Shown: positions 48,706 to 59,006 of the stretch, piece after piece
Numbering within the stretch: the first letter of the stretch is position 1
Layout: each line of letters starts with the position of its first letter
Assembly: GCA_963666275.2 (NCBI GenBank)
Contig: CAXXOA010000001.1
Coordinates: 1,280,001-1,344,000 of the forward strand
DNA length: 64,000 bases
DNA from: Oceanispirochaeta sp.
Lineage (GTDB): Bacteria; Spirochaetota; Spirochaetia; DSM-2461
Direction: 5' to 3'
Position numbers and translations under genes: made by a program
Notes under the pieces: generated by a model
The model's database searches: none
The model's input: only the letters and a program-made list of their open reading frames with translations
What the model was told of the DNA's origin: nothing

Positions 48706-49116
48706 ACAGCTGAGTACCTGTTTGTCTACGGCACACTCAGAAAAGACATCGTCCGGGCGGAACGGCCGGGAATCCTGGAAGAGCACGGCATCTACTGCGG
48801 GGAAGGCTGGCTTTACGGGGAGCTCTATGAAATTGATCATTACCCGGGAGCAGTAATTTCGGAAGAGAATTCCCACTGTGTTAAAGGGGAAATCTACAGC
48901 GTCCTGAAGGGGACCCGGGTCTGGCAGGTTCTGGATGACTATGAGGAGTGCTCCGACGCCTATCCAGAGCCCCGTGAATATAGGAGGGTCCAGCAGGAGA
49001 TCCATATGGAAAGCGGGGAGAGAGTCACGGCCTGGGTCTATCTGTACAACCGGGATACAGAGGGGCTGGAGAGGATCGAATCGGGGGATTACCTGGAATA
49101 TCTGGCAGGGAAATAA
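48706..49116 (+). CDS. Gamma-glutamylcyclotransferase (AIG2/YtfP-like)
   Basis: LFVYGTLR, YPG, LDDYE, AWVYLY. Confidence 0.85.
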   Translation, partial: TAEYLFVYGTLRKDIVRAERPGILEEHGIYCGEGWLYGELYEIDHYPGAVISEENSHCVKGEIYSVLKGTRVWQVLDDYEECSDAYPEPREYRRVQQEIHMESGERVTAWVYLYNRDTEGLERIESGDYLEYLAGK

Positions 49117-49235
49117 TTGGAAATTCAGGCCTTGTCAAATCTGCGAAGTTGCAGATACACTGAATTTTACAAATCGATCCTGCTGAAAAGGGGGAGTCAG
49201 GAATGCCTGTTTCTGTCCCGTAGAAAAACAGCGGG

Positions 49236-50897
49236 ATGAGAGAACAGTCCCTATCTGGAACAGGAATATCTGGAGTGAGTGTGAAAGTACTGATCGCCGA
49301 TGATGAACACAGAGTATGCCAGCTGATCAGGCATCTTATTCCCTGGGAAGAGTTCGGTCTGGACCTTGCCGGTATTGCCTACAACGGAATCGAAGCCTAT
49401 GAACTGATACGGACGGAGAAACCGGATATTGTCATCACAGATATCCGCATGCCCGGCTATGACGGGCTGACACTCCTTGAAAAAAGCAAGGAGCTGGATC
49501 CTTCCATCAGTTTTATTATTGTCAGCGGGTACAAGGACTTTGAGTATGCCCAGAAAGCCCTGAAATACGGAGCGGAAGACTATATTCTGAAACCTGTCTC
49601 CCATGATGATATCAACAGGATCCTGCGGAAGATCATCGACAGAAGGAACAGTGATCAGAACAGAATTCAGGAAGCCCTGGAAACCAGGGAGGAACTGGAA
49701 CAGAACAGGAATATCCTCAAAAAGGAGCTTGTTAAAAAGCTTCTCAATAGTGATTTCAAATTAGACAGCGAGACCCGGCAGAGTTTATCAAATGGAAATA
49801 TTGTGAATTTCCAGGCCCCCTGTTTTATGGTGTTTATCATTCAGGCGGACTGCATAGATCAGTCCCTTCTGGGGACAGAGCATTACAGTATCTCTGTAAA
49901 AATACTGGAAAGAGTGGAAGAGTTGGTCAACTCCCATGCCGGAGTGGAGGGGATCGAAACTCTGAGTGCCTATACAAAGTACAGTCTGATCTACCTGTGG
50001 GAGTGCCCCGGGCCTGCCATCAGCCGGGACGACTGGGAGCGGCTCCAGGAACAGGCCTCTCAGAAAATTGCCGGTTTCAGTGACTGGAGGGTCACATTCT
50101 GCATGGGGGGCGTGTATCCGGGCCTTGAGAATCTCAGTGCCAGCTATTCCGATGCCGAACTGATACGAAAAGACCGTCTGTTTCAGGGAACCGGGAAGGT
50201 GCTTACCCTGCGGCCGGATCTTCCCGGTTTTGAGAAATTTGAACAGCCTGACAGTGCCCCTCTGGCCGATGCGGTCAATAGAGTCCTGGAGAATCAGGAT
50301 CTGGACCAGTTTGCCTATGGGATCTCCACCTATGTGATCGGACTGACCCGGACGATTACTCATCCGGATCAGCTTTTCCGGACCTATCGATTTCTCTGTG
50401 ATGCGATTTTTGAACAGTTCAGAAAACTCAATGTGAACGGGGATTATATAGGCGAAGCATACGAAACGGCTGCATCCATATTAGACCTGACTCACAATAT
50501 GAAACTCATGAATACCCGTTTGTCCCGGCTGTTCAAAGATATGGCGAAAACTGTAATTTCCTCCCGGAAAGTGCTGGACAATAAACCCATCAGAATCGCC
50601 AAGGATTACATCTCCCGGAATTATGCCGAACCCATCGATCTTAATATGGTTGCCGCCCAGGCCGGTCTGAATCCCATCTATTTCAGTACCCTGTTCAAAA
50701 AGGAAACAGGAATGAATTTCAAGGACTTTCTGGTGGATATCCGTCTTGAGAAGGCCAGGGAGCTGCTTGTGAACAGCAATGAGACCATTCAGGAGATCAG
50801 TCACCTGGTGGGGTACAGGGATACAAGGTATTTCAGCAGAATATTTGCCAGGAATGTAGGCTTGAAACCCAATATCTACAGAAAAATCCATGGCTGA
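49236..50897 (+). CDS. Response regulator with AraC HTH (YesN-like)
   Basis: ADDE, TDIRMP, YILKP; C-terminal AraC domain. Confidence 0.92.
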   Translation: MREQSLSGTGISGVSVKVLIADDEHRVCQLIRHLIPWEEFGLDLAGIAYNGIEAYELIRTEKPDIVITDIRMPGYDGLTLLEKSKELDPSISFIIVSGYKDFEYAQKALKYGAEDYILKPVSHDDINRILRKIIDRRNSDQNRIQEALETREELEQNRNILKKELVKKLLNSDFKLDSETRQSLSNGNIVNFQAPCFMVFIIQADCIDQSLLGTEHYSISVKILERVEELVNSHAGVEGIETLSAYTKYSLIYLWECPGPAISRDDWERLQEQASQKIAGFSDWRVTFCMGGVYPGLENLSASYSDAELIRKDRLFQGTGKVLTLRPDLPGFEKFEQPDSAPLADAVNRVLENQDLDQFAYGISTYVIGLTRTITHPDQLFRTYRFLCDAIFEQFRKLNVNGDYIGEAYETAASILDLTHNMKLMNTRLSRLFKDMAKTVISSRKVLDNKPIRIAKDYISRNYAEPIDLNMVAAQAGLNPIYFSTLFKKETGMNFKDFLVDIRLEKARELLVNSNETIQEISHLVGYRDTRYFSRIFARNVGLKPNIYRKIHG

Positions 50898-51924
50898 TTA
50901 CAAGCTGCACTCCCACTCCCTGGCTGTTGAGCTCAAAAGGCATGTGGCTTTTCTTGTCCTGCTGGGCGTTCTCTTCCTGACGCTGACCTGTCTTCCTGTT
51001 CCCCGGGAATTGTGGGGAACCCTGGGCCGGGTGATCCTGGGCATTCTGCTTTTGGGGGATCTGGTTTCCCTGATTGTGTATGTCTACAGGCCTATTCGGA
51101 AAATGGAAGAGGCAATGAAACTGCTCACCCGGGGAGAACAATCCATTTTTGAGGAATTCAAACCGGAAAAAGACAGTGTCACCCTGTCCATCCATCTGCA
51201 TGAGCTCATTGAGATGCTCAAGCAGTCCCTTGATCGGGAGTACACATCGGATCTGCTGAAAAAAGAAGCTGAACTGAAGGCGCTTCAGAGTCAGATCAAT
51301 CCTCACTTCCTGTATAACGTTCTGGATGCTATCCGGGGACATGCCCTGACCGAGGGGGTTCCTGAAATAGCTGAAATGACGGAAGCCCTGTCGAATCTTT
51401 TCCGTTACAGCGTGAGTTACTGGGAAAACGAAGTTTCCCTGAAGAAGGAACTGGGAAATGTGGCCAGTTTTTTTAAAATTCAGCAGTACAGATTCAATAA
51501 CAAGTTTGATCTGCAGATCCTTGCCGGGGAGGATGAAGAGGAAACCCTGAAATGTCTGCTCCCCAAACTGACCCTGCAGCCCATTATTGAGAACTCCATC
51601 TACCACGGCCTGGAGATGAAACTGGATCACGGGCTGGTGACGATCAGAACCAGACTGTCCCGTACGGTCCTGCTTGTTGAAATCAGTGATGACGGGGTGG
51701 GGATGCCCGCAGAAATGGTCGACCAGTTAAACAGCGCCTTCCGGAACTGGCGGGACGCTCCCGGTGACAGAAAGAACTCCCGGGGAAGCGGCATCGCCCT
51801 TGCCAATGTGAACAGCAGGATCAAGATGATGTATGGAGAGGACTACGGACTCCATGTGTACAGTACGGAAAATTTCGGCACCACCGTGGAAATCCAGCTG
51901 CCTGTAAATAAAGAAGAGACATAG
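50890..51924 (+). CDS. YesM/LytS-type histidine kinase with no extracellular domain
   Basis: LQSQINPHFLYN, LQPIIENSIYHG, DDGVG, GIAL.NV; two adjacent TMs. Confidence 0.9.
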   Translation: MADYKLHSHSLAVELKRHVAFLVLLGVLFLTLTCLPVPRELWGTLGRVILGILLLGDLVSLIVYVYRPIRKMEEAMKLLTRGEQSIFEEFKPEKDSVTLSIHLHELIEMLKQSLDREYTSDLLKKEAELKALQSQINPHFLYNVLDAIRGHALTEGVPEIAEMTEALSNLFRYSVSYWENEVSLKKELGNVASFFKIQQYRFNNKFDLQILAGEDEEETLKCLLPKLTLQPIIENSIYHGLEMKLDHGLVTIRTRLSRTVLLVEISDDGVGMPAEMVDQLNSAFRNWRDAPGDRKNSRGSGIALANVNSRIKMMYGEDYGLHVYSTENFGTTVEIQLPVNKEET

Positions 51925-51953
51925 GCCGCACTTGTGAGACCGGAGCAGGGAAT

Positions 51954-53408
51954 ATGGAAGAGTTAATACGAATCAGAGAACTTTCTACAGAAAACCCCTA
52001 TGAAGCATCCCTCAAGGATTTCAGACTCCAGTCTTTTGAAGGGGAGATCCTCGGGCTGGTGGGGCTGAACGGTTCCGGGAAAAGAACTCTCGTCAAAGTT
52101 CTGTCGGGAGAGATAAATCCTGTCGGCGGCCATGTGTTTCTTCAGGGAAAAGAGATTATCAGCCCCCTTCTGAAACCCGGAAGGAATCAGCTCGAACGGG
52201 AGGGCCTCTTTGTTGTTCAGAATATCAACAGACTTATCAAAGATCTGAGCATTTCAGAAAATCTCTCCATCTCCTCCAATATGAATTTCTTCAGTATGCT
52301 CCGGGCTCCCCACAATCTTGAAAAAATATCAGCCTCTGTTCTGGATGAGTTTATTCCGGAACTGGACCGTGATACCCCTGTGGACTATCTGCCCCCTGCG
52401 GAACATGCCCGGGTCGGTCTTCTGAAAGCCTATATGGAGGGAGCAAAGCTGATTGTTCTGGATGGGGTCCTTGAGGTCTGCCGCCGCAAAGAGGAAGAGG
52501 CGCTGATCACTCTGTTGAAACGGCTCAGGTCCAGAGGAGTGGGGATCATTGTCACCTACAACCGGGTGGCCCCTTTTCTGCAGTCTTTTGACAGGGTTGC
52601 CGTGATCTCCGGCGGGCAGCTTAAGAATATCATGTTCAGGGACAGCTTTAATCAGAGTCAGCTGGCGGACCTGATTGTCGGGGGCAAATACAGGGAACAA
52701 ACAGCTCACCGGGAAAGTTCCGATCCGCCGGTGAGCAGCAGGATCCTGGATGTCAGAAACATTTCTCTGGGAAAGAACTTCAGAAATTGCAGTTTTTATC
52801 TCTGCAGCGGAGAGATCCTGGGCATCCATGATCCTTTGAATGAAACCGCCCACAGGCTTCTTCAGTTGTTCAGCGGCATCATTCCCCTGGAACAGGGGAG
52901 AATCCATATAAACGGAAGAGTGCAGGAGCTTTTGAAAGAGCATAATGCCTTGCAGTCGGGATTAGGGATCGTTTCTGAAAAATTTTTCGAATACTCCTTT
53001 TTCAGAGGTTTGAACGCCGGGGAGAATCTGGAGATCTCGGCCGCGAAATCTGCTTCATCCCTGTGGGGGCACATCCCTTCTTCGTTGCATCACTATTTTC
53101 AGAAGAACTATCTCAGGAGCATAGGATTTTCAGAAGAGCTGCTGGAACAGCCTGTGGAGTATCTTGATCGGGATCTTCAGTTTATCCTGGTGCTTCATAT
53201 GAAGATCCTGAGCGGAGCAAAAATCTTTATTCTTGAAAACCCTGTTCAGAGTGCGGACCTTCTGTCCCGTGATCTTATCTACAGAAAAATGAGCTCTCTG
53301 CGGAAAAAGGGAATGGGTGCCATTTTTATCTCCGGTTCCATGGGCGAACTCGATGGTTTCTGCGACAGAATTCTCTACTGCGACTATAGTGAAGGAATAT
53401 TGAAATGA
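51954..53408 (+). CDS. Degenerate sugar-ABC ATP-binding protein
   Basis: RbsA-like length and fold, but GLNGSGKR, LPPAE, IVLDGV, LDRDL, ILENP replace the canonical motifs. Confidence 0.75.
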   Translation: MEELIRIRELSTENPYEASLKDFRLQSFEGEILGLVGLNGSGKRTLVKVLSGEINPVGGHVFLQGKEIISPLLKPGRNQLEREGLFVVQNINRLIKDLSISENLSISSNMNFFSMLRAPHNLEKISASVLDEFIPELDRDTPVDYLPPAEHARVGLLKAYMEGAKLIVLDGVLEVCRRKEEEALITLLKRLRSRGVGIIVTYNRVAPFLQSFDRVAVISGGQLKNIMFRDSFNQSQLADLIVGGKYREQTAHRESSDPPVSSRILDVRNISLGKNFRNCSFYLCSGEILGIHDPLNETAHRLLQLFSGIIPLEQGRIHINGRVQELLKEHNALQSGLGIVSEKFFEYSFFRGLNAGENLEISAAKSASSLWGHIPSSLHHYFQKNYLRSIGFSEELLEQPVEYLDRDLQFILVLHMKILSGAKIFILENPVQSADLLSRDLIYRKMSSLRKKGMGAIFISGSMGELDGFCDRILYCDYSEGILK

Positions 53409-54355
53409 AAGGTTCTACGGGGTATCTGAAAAAAAAGATTCATTACAATACGGCTGTGATTCTTATCCTGCTTCTGGGAGAATTCCTCGTTCTGAAGGTA
53501 TTTGTTCCCCAGTATCTATCACTGGGAAATATCATAAGCATCGGGAGACAGTCCTCCATCACAGGGATTATCGCCATCGCAATGGGGTTTGTCCTGATCA
53601 GCGGGGGCATTGATTTTTCCCTGGGATCCCAGATTGCCTTCAGCAGTATGATTGTCTCCATTTTCATGGTACGTCTGCACTTTCCCGTTGCCCCGGCACT
53701 GATTCTGGGCCTGACGGTATGCACGTTCTCAGGATTTCTTAACGGGATGATCTGTGCAAAAATCCGGATACACCCTTTTATTCTGACCATGGCGACAGGA
53801 GTCATTTACAGGGCCGCCGCCAAGGTCCTGAACTGGGGGATGCCTCTCTACGGGCTGCCCGAGGGGTTTCTGGGACTGGATCAGTTTCAGTTCCTCGGGC
53901 TGCCCCAGTCGCTTCTTATGCTTCTGCTCTGCCTTCTGGCCGGGCATTATATCCTGAGAAAAACCTACCTGGGAAAGTATATCTATGCCATCGGAATCGA
54001 TGAGAAAACGGCGGAGTTCGCCGGCATCAATACAAAGAAGATCAAATGGACGGTCTATGGAATCGCCGGTTTTTTCTGCGGAATCGCGGGCATCCTCCTC
54101 CTCGCCCGTGTGGGATCCGCCCAGCCTTCGGCCCTTTCCGGGATTGAACTGGATGTGCTTGTGGCCGCTGCGATCGGCGGTGTGGGATTCAAGGGAGGGA
54201 AGGGCTATCTTATCAATATAGTTCTGGGAGTCCTTATCATGGAATTTTTCGGCGATGCTCTGATTATTTTCGGTGTGGGCGAATATTTCCGGAATATTTT
54301 CAAGGGACTCGTTCTTCTCCTGGCCCTCTATATGGATGATGCGGTCAGATCTTAA
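53405..54355 (+). CDS. Sugar ABC transporter permease (RbsC-like)
   Basis: SGGIDFS, GKYIYAIG, ELDVLVAAAIGG. Confidence 0.88.
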   Translation: MKGSTGYLKKKIHYNTAVILILLLGEFLVLKVFVPQYLSLGNIISIGRQSSITGIIAIAMGFVLISGGIDFSLGSQIAFSSMIVSIFMVRLHFPVAPALILGLTVCTFSGFLNGMICAKIRIHPFILTMATGVIYRAAAKVLNWGMPLYGLPEGFLGLDQFQFLGLPQSLLMLLLCLLAGHYILRKTYLGKYIYAIGIDEKTAEFAGINTKKIKWTVYGIAGFFCGIAGILLLARVGSAQPSALSGIELDVLVAAAIGGVGFKGGKGYLINIVLGVLIMEFFGDALIIFGVGEYFRNIFKGLVLLLALYMDDAVRS

Positions 54356-54443
54356 TTTTCTCCCCTCATATCTTTAATCTGTCACATTGCGGTGTGAATT
54401 CTGCCCCTGTAAAATAAACTTATCATCAAGGGGAGAATGAATT

Positions 54444-55967
54444 TTGCCAAAACCTATTTTAGAAATGAAGGATATCACCAAATACTTTTCGGGTGTTCAG
54501 GTACTGGATAAGGTCTGTCTGAAGGTTATGCCCGGAGAAGTGCATGCGCTGATGGGTGAGAACGGGGCGGGCAAGTCAACACTAATGAATATCCTGATGG
54601 GAATTCATACGGCCGACGGCGGTGAAATCTTTCTGGAAGGGAAAGAGATTTCCAACAAAACTCCCAGGGAAGCCATGGACAGAGGCATCTCCATGATTCA
54701 TCAGGAGCTGCATCCCATCCGGGATATGGACGTGACGGAAAATATCTTTCTGGGAAGGGAAATCCGGAAAGGTACGGACGGTATTATAAGCCTGGTCAAT
54801 AAAAAAGAGATGCTGCATAAGGCCCGGGAGCTGTTCGAAGAACTGGGTATTGCCATCAGTCCTTCGGCTCTCATGCGGGATCTCAGTGTGGCTCAATGCC
54901 AGCTCATTGAAATGGTCAAAGCCATTTCCATTTCAGCCAAAGTTATAATTATGGATGAACCGACTTCTGCCATTACGGATAAAGAGGTTGATATCCTGTT
55001 CAAACAGATCCGCTATCTTAAATCCAAAGGGGTCTCCATCATCTATATCTCTCATAAAATGGACGAAATCTTTCAGATAGCCGATTCCATTACGGTCCTG
55101 CGGGACGGCCAGTATATCGGGACCGATGCTTCGGCAAATCTGAATAATGACAAACTTATAAGCATGATGGTGGGCCGGGAAATCAGCGGAATCTATCCGA
55201 AAGAGACCGTTTCGATTGGTGATGTCACCATGGAGGTGAAAAACCTCAGCTGGGGAAAAAGGGTCAGGAATGTCAATTTTGAACTCCATCAGGGAGAGAT
55301 CCTGGGGCTGGCAGGTCTTGTAGGCGCCGGGCGAAGCGAACTTGTGGAAACCCTGTTCGGCATTAACAGCAAAACTTCCGGAGAGATCTATATCCGGGGG
55401 AACAGGACGGATATCCGCAGACCTGCGGATGCGATCTCCCATCGTATCGCTCTGATCACCGAAGACAGGAAGAGATCGGGATTGAATCTGATCGGTTCGA
55501 TCACCGAAAACGTCACCCTGGCGTCTCTGGGCTCTCTTTTCTCGAAAGGGATTATCAACAAAAAACTGGAAGGATCCCTCACAGAAGAGAGTATTAAAAA
55601 ACACAAAGTGAAGACAGTTTCCAGAAAAGCCCTGGTCAAATCGCTCAGCGGCGGCAATCAGCAGAAGGTGGTCATCGCCAAGTGGCTTCTGACAGAACCG
55701 GATATCATCATTATGGATGAACCTACCCGGGGCATCGATGTGGGAGCCAAGCGGGATATCTACCTGCTGCTGGGAGAGCTTGTAAAAGCTGGAAAATCTG
55801 TACTTGTTATCTCATCGGAGATCCCCGAGATCATGGGGATTGCCGACCGGATCCTGATCATGGCGGAAGGACAGGTTACCGGAGAGCTGATGCGGGAAGA
55901 ATTTACACAGGAAAAAATTATGCATTACGCGTCAAAATTCAACAAAGGGAAAAAGAATGAAAAATAG
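54444..55967 (+). CDS. Sugar ABC transporter ATP-binding protein (RbsA/MglA-like)
   Basis: GENGAGKST, MDEPT, LSGGNQQKV, DEPTRGIDVGAK. Confidence 0.93.
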   Translation: MPKPILEMKDITKYFSGVQVLDKVCLKVMPGEVHALMGENGAGKSTLMNILMGIHTADGGEIFLEGKEISNKTPREAMDRGISMIHQELHPIRDMDVTENIFLGREIRKGTDGIISLVNKKEMLHKARELFEELGIAISPSALMRDLSVAQCQLIEMVKAISISAKVIIMDEPTSAITDKEVDILFKQIRYLKSKGVSIIYISHKMDEIFQIADSITVLRDGQYIGTDASANLNNDKLISMMVGREISGIYPKETVSIGDVTMEVKNLSWGKRVRNVNFELHQGEILGLAGLVGAGRSELVETLFGINSKTSGEIYIRGNRTDIRRPADAISHRIALITEDRKRSGLNLIGSITENVTLASLGSLFSKGIINKKLEGSLTEESIKKHKVKTVSRKALVKSLSGGNQQKVVIAKWLLTEPDIIIMDEPTRGIDVGAKRDIYLLLGELVKAGKSVLVISSEIPEIMGIADRILIMAEGQVTGELMREEFTQEKIMHYASKFNKGKKNEK

Positions 55968-56919
55968 AAATGGAATATTGGCTTTAAGATCCATGAGGGA
56001 ACTGGGAATTGTTTTTGTTTTTATCTGTATCCTGGTAACCCTGATGATTCTATCACCCAATGCTTTTGCCAGGCCTGCCAACCTGATCAATATATTCAAA
56101 CAGGCCTCTATAAACGGGATTCTCGCCATGGGAATGATGTTTGTTATCATCTCCGGAGGGATCGACCTCTCTGTGGGATCCATTGTGGCCCTGACTGGTG
56201 TGGTGTCCGCCAGCTTTGCCCATCCCGGAGAGTACCCTCTGATCGTTCCCATTCTTCTGGCTCTAATCCTGGGACTTTTTATAGGATGGCTGAACGGCGT
56301 GGGTGTTTCCTACGGAAATATACCGGCCTTTATTGTGACACTGGGGATGATGACCATCATCCGGGGAGTGGCGCTTATCGTGGCAAAGGGAGCTCCTGTT
56401 TTCGGCGTGACAGATCAGTATGAACTCATCGCCGGAGGATTCCTTTTTGACACAATCCCATTTCTGGTTGTCTATTTCACGGCGATAACTGCATTCAGCG
56501 CCTATGTATTGAATAAGACAGTCTTCGGAAGGCGTGTCTATGCTGTGGGCGGGAATGAAATCTCCGCGGCTTTTTCGGGAATCAATGTCAATAAAATACG
56601 GATTATGGTATTTATGATCTCCGGACTCTTTGCGGGATTCGCCGGATTGCTCCTGGCCTCAAGAACTGTCTCGGGGAATCCCACGGCGGGTCAGTCCTAC
56701 GAACTGGATGCCATTGCCGCCGTTATTATCGGAGGCGTCAGTATGTCCGGCGGTTCCGGGAAATGGTATGGAACCGTGGTGGGCGCGCTGCTCATCGCCG
56801 TTATAGGAAATGGTCTGGACATACTCAATGTGTCGTCCCACTACCAGCTGGTTATCAAAGGGGCCATTATCATTTCTGCCGTACTACTGGATGTTAAAAG
56901 CAGGGAAAAAACGGTCTAG
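55957..56919 (+). CDS. Sugar ABC transporter permease
   Basis: GGIDLSVG, GRRVYAVGGN, YELDAIAAVIIGG. Confidence 0.93.
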   Translation: MKNRNGILALRSMRELGIVFVFICILVTLMILSPNAFARPANLINIFKQASINGILAMGMMFVIISGGIDLSVGSIVALTGVVSASFAHPGEYPLIVPILLALILGLFIGWLNGVGVSYGNIPAFIVTLGMMTIIRGVALIVAKGAPVFGVTDQYELIAGGFLFDTIPFLVVYFTAITAFSAYVLNKTVFGRRVYAVGGNEISAAFSGINVNKIRIMVFMISGLFAGFAGLLLASRTVSGNPTAGQSYELDAIAAVIIGGVSMSGGSGKWYGTVVGALLIAVIGNGLDILNVSSHYQLVIKGAIIISAVLLDVKSREKTV

Positions 56920-56949
56920 GCTGTTTGATATATATTAGAGGAGGAAGAT

Positions 56950-57879
56950 ATGAAAAAAATCTTTGCAATGGTTTTATTGTCGGTATTTGCACTCACAACC
57001 GGTCTGTTTGCTGCCGGACAGGGTGACAATGAAGGAAAGCCCCAGAAATATGCACTTATGATGAGTCATATGACCAATGCCTTCACCATGGAAATGTCCA
57101 GCGCGGTGAAGGAGAAAGCTGAAGAACTGGGAGTAAATCTGACTGTATTTGACGGAGAGCAGGATGTTTCCAAACAGATCAGCCAGGTGGAATCCGCGAT
57201 CATTCAGGGATATGTGGGAATTGTGATCGAACCTGTATCCGTGGATGGCGTTAAACCTGCCGTCAAGGCTGCCAAAGAAGCGGGTATACCGCTGATTACC
57301 CTGAACCAGAAAATCACTGATCAGGAACTGGCCAGTGCGTTTGTCGGAGCCAACCCCATCGAAGGGGGAGAGCTTGAAATGAGAACCGCTGCCGAAGAGA
57401 TGGGCGGATCCGGAAAAGTGGCTTTTCTGCTCGGACCTTTAGGTTCGGATGCGCAGATCGGCCGAACCCAGGGGTATAAAAATGTTCTGAAAGATTACCC
57501 CGGCATTGAAGTCGTCTACGAACAGACTGCCAACTGGAGAACCGATGAGGCTCTGGAACTGGTTGAAAACTGGCTTCAGACCGGTGTGGAACTGAAAGCC
57601 ATCGTGGCTAACAACGACGGTATGGCTCTTGGAGCACTGAAAGCCGTGGAAGATGCCAAGCTTCTGGATCAGATTAAAATCTACGGTCTTGATGCCACTC
57701 CCGATGCCATGGCTGCTGTCAAAGAAGGACGTCTGTCTGCGACTATTTCCCAGAGTACTTCCGAACAGGGAAAAACAGCAATGGAATCTATTGTGAAAAT
57801 TGTAAACGGAGAATCCATTCCCTCTGAAATCATTGTTGGACACACTCTGATTAACAGTTCCAATATCAACGATTTCTAA
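56950..57879 (+). CDS. Sugar ABC substrate-binding protein (RbsB-like)
   Basis: Signal peptide; ANW, NNDGMALGA, GLDAT. Confidence 0.92.
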   Translation: MKKIFAMVLLSVFALTTGLFAAGQGDNEGKPQKYALMMSHMTNAFTMEMSSAVKEKAEELGVNLTVFDGEQDVSKQISQVESAIIQGYVGIVIEPVSVDGVKPAVKAAKEAGIPLITLNQKITDQELASAFVGANPIEGGELEMRTAAEEMGGSGKVAFLLGPLGSDAQIGRTQGYKNVLKDYPGIEVVYEQTANWRTDEALELVENWLQTGVELKAIVANNDGMALGALKAVEDAKLLDQIKIYGLDATPDAMAAVKEGRLSATISQSTSEQGKTAMESIVKIVNGESIPSEIIVGHTLINSSNINDF

Positions 57880-57905
57880 TTCGGAGAACAACATCTCTTT
57901 TCGGG

Positions 57906-57936
57906 GACCGGCAGATTGCTGCCGGTCCTTTTTTTT
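57906..57936 (+). terminator. Rho-independent terminator
   Basis: GACCGGCAG-ATTG-CTGCCGGTC followed by a T-run. Confidence 0.85.
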
Positions 57937-58102
57937 CCAAATAATTCCAGACGGCTCCGGTTTTTTCGAACCCACATTTCTGTGGGATTGTCAGATAATG
58001 GACACCCGGATGTATGACTTCGTAGGACCTTCGAGAGCACTTTGAAGATCAAAACCCTCCCTCACAGGCCTTTCGGATCTCCCGGAGCCATTGTTACCGG
58101 AT

Positions 58103-58118
58103 TGGCACTTTTATTGCA
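58103..58118 (+). promoter_or_regulatory. Sigma54 (-24/-12) promoter
   Basis: TGGCAC-TTTTA-TTGCA, consensus spacing, ~60 bp upstream of cheY. Confidence 0.8.
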
Positions 58119-58176
58119 TTACTGTTCAGTAATAAAAACTTAGTAACAGAATAAATTAAAAAAACGGAGTCTGCCT

Positions 58177-58545
58177 GTGAAACTGTTAATTGTGGATGAT
58201 TCCAATATTATCCGTCGTGCCATCCAATTCTATCTGAAAGAGTTCAATATGGAGATCTGCGGTTCCGTCAGCAACGGAGAAGACGCGGTCCGCTGCTATG
58301 AGGAGCAGAAGCCCGATCTGGTGACCATGGATATCACCATGCCCGGTATGGACGGCCTCAGCGCCCTGGAGAAAATCATCGAAATAGATCCTGATGCGTC
58401 TGTGATTGTCATCTCAGCCCTGAAAGATAAAAGCACAGGCATCAAAGCCCTGACCCTGGGGGCCTGCGGATTCCTTTCCAAACCCTTTACCCCTGATCAG
58501 CTGAAAGAGGAAATACAGGCTTTCCTGGAGGAACGGAGCACATGA
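58177..58545 (+). CDS. cheY: Single-domain response regulator (CheY-like)
   Basis: IVDDS, MDITMPGMDG, ISA, KPF. Confidence 0.85.
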   Translation: MKLLIVDDSNIIRRAIQFYLKEFNMEICGSVSNGEDAVRCYEEQKPDLVTMDITMPGMDGLSALEKIIEIDPDASVIVISALKDKSTGIKALTLGACGFLSKPFTPDQLKEEIQAFLEERST

Positions 58546-59006
58546 AAGAAGAAGAGATTAAAGTCTTTATTGATATAGTCACCCACTATTTCCGGGAGAT
58601 CTCGGGAGAGGAAGCCCGCATGGGGGTTCCCTTTATCAAAAACGATAACCTGTCTGTCATGGACTATACAGGGATCATCGGGATCTCCGGTAAATACAGG
58701 GGAGGGATCTACCTCTCCGCCGACAGCGATCTTCTGGCCGAAGTGGCCTCATGCATTCTGGGGCTGGAAGCGGATCTGGTAGACGGGGAAGCCCGGGAGG
58801 ATATGCTGGGGGAGATTACCAATACCATCGCCGGGAATGCCCGCAGCAGCTTCGGCAGCCAGTTTATGATCTCCGTTCCCATTGTCATCAAGGGGCGCCC
58901 CGAGGATATCTCGTTCAAACTGAAACCGCCCGTTTTTGTCATCCCCATCACCTGGCGGGATCACTCCTGTTTTCTGGCCATCGGACTGGAAGAGGAGGCA
59001 TTATGA
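58542..59006 (+). CDS. cheX: CheX phosphatase
   Basis: TGIIGISG, GEITNTIAGN, ISVP. Confidence 0.9.
   Translation: MKEEEIKVFIDIVTHYFREISGEEARMGVPFIKNDNLSVMDYTGIIGISGKYRGGIYLSADSDLLAEVASCILGLEADLVDGEAREDMLGEITNTIAGNARSSFGSQFMISVPIVIKGRPEDISFKLKPPVFVIPITWRDHSCFLAIGLEEEAL

Noticed and set aside
58751..59002. 84-aa N-terminal extension of the Amt fusion
   Set aside because: Overlaps cheX out of frame; a strong RBS supports the start at 59003
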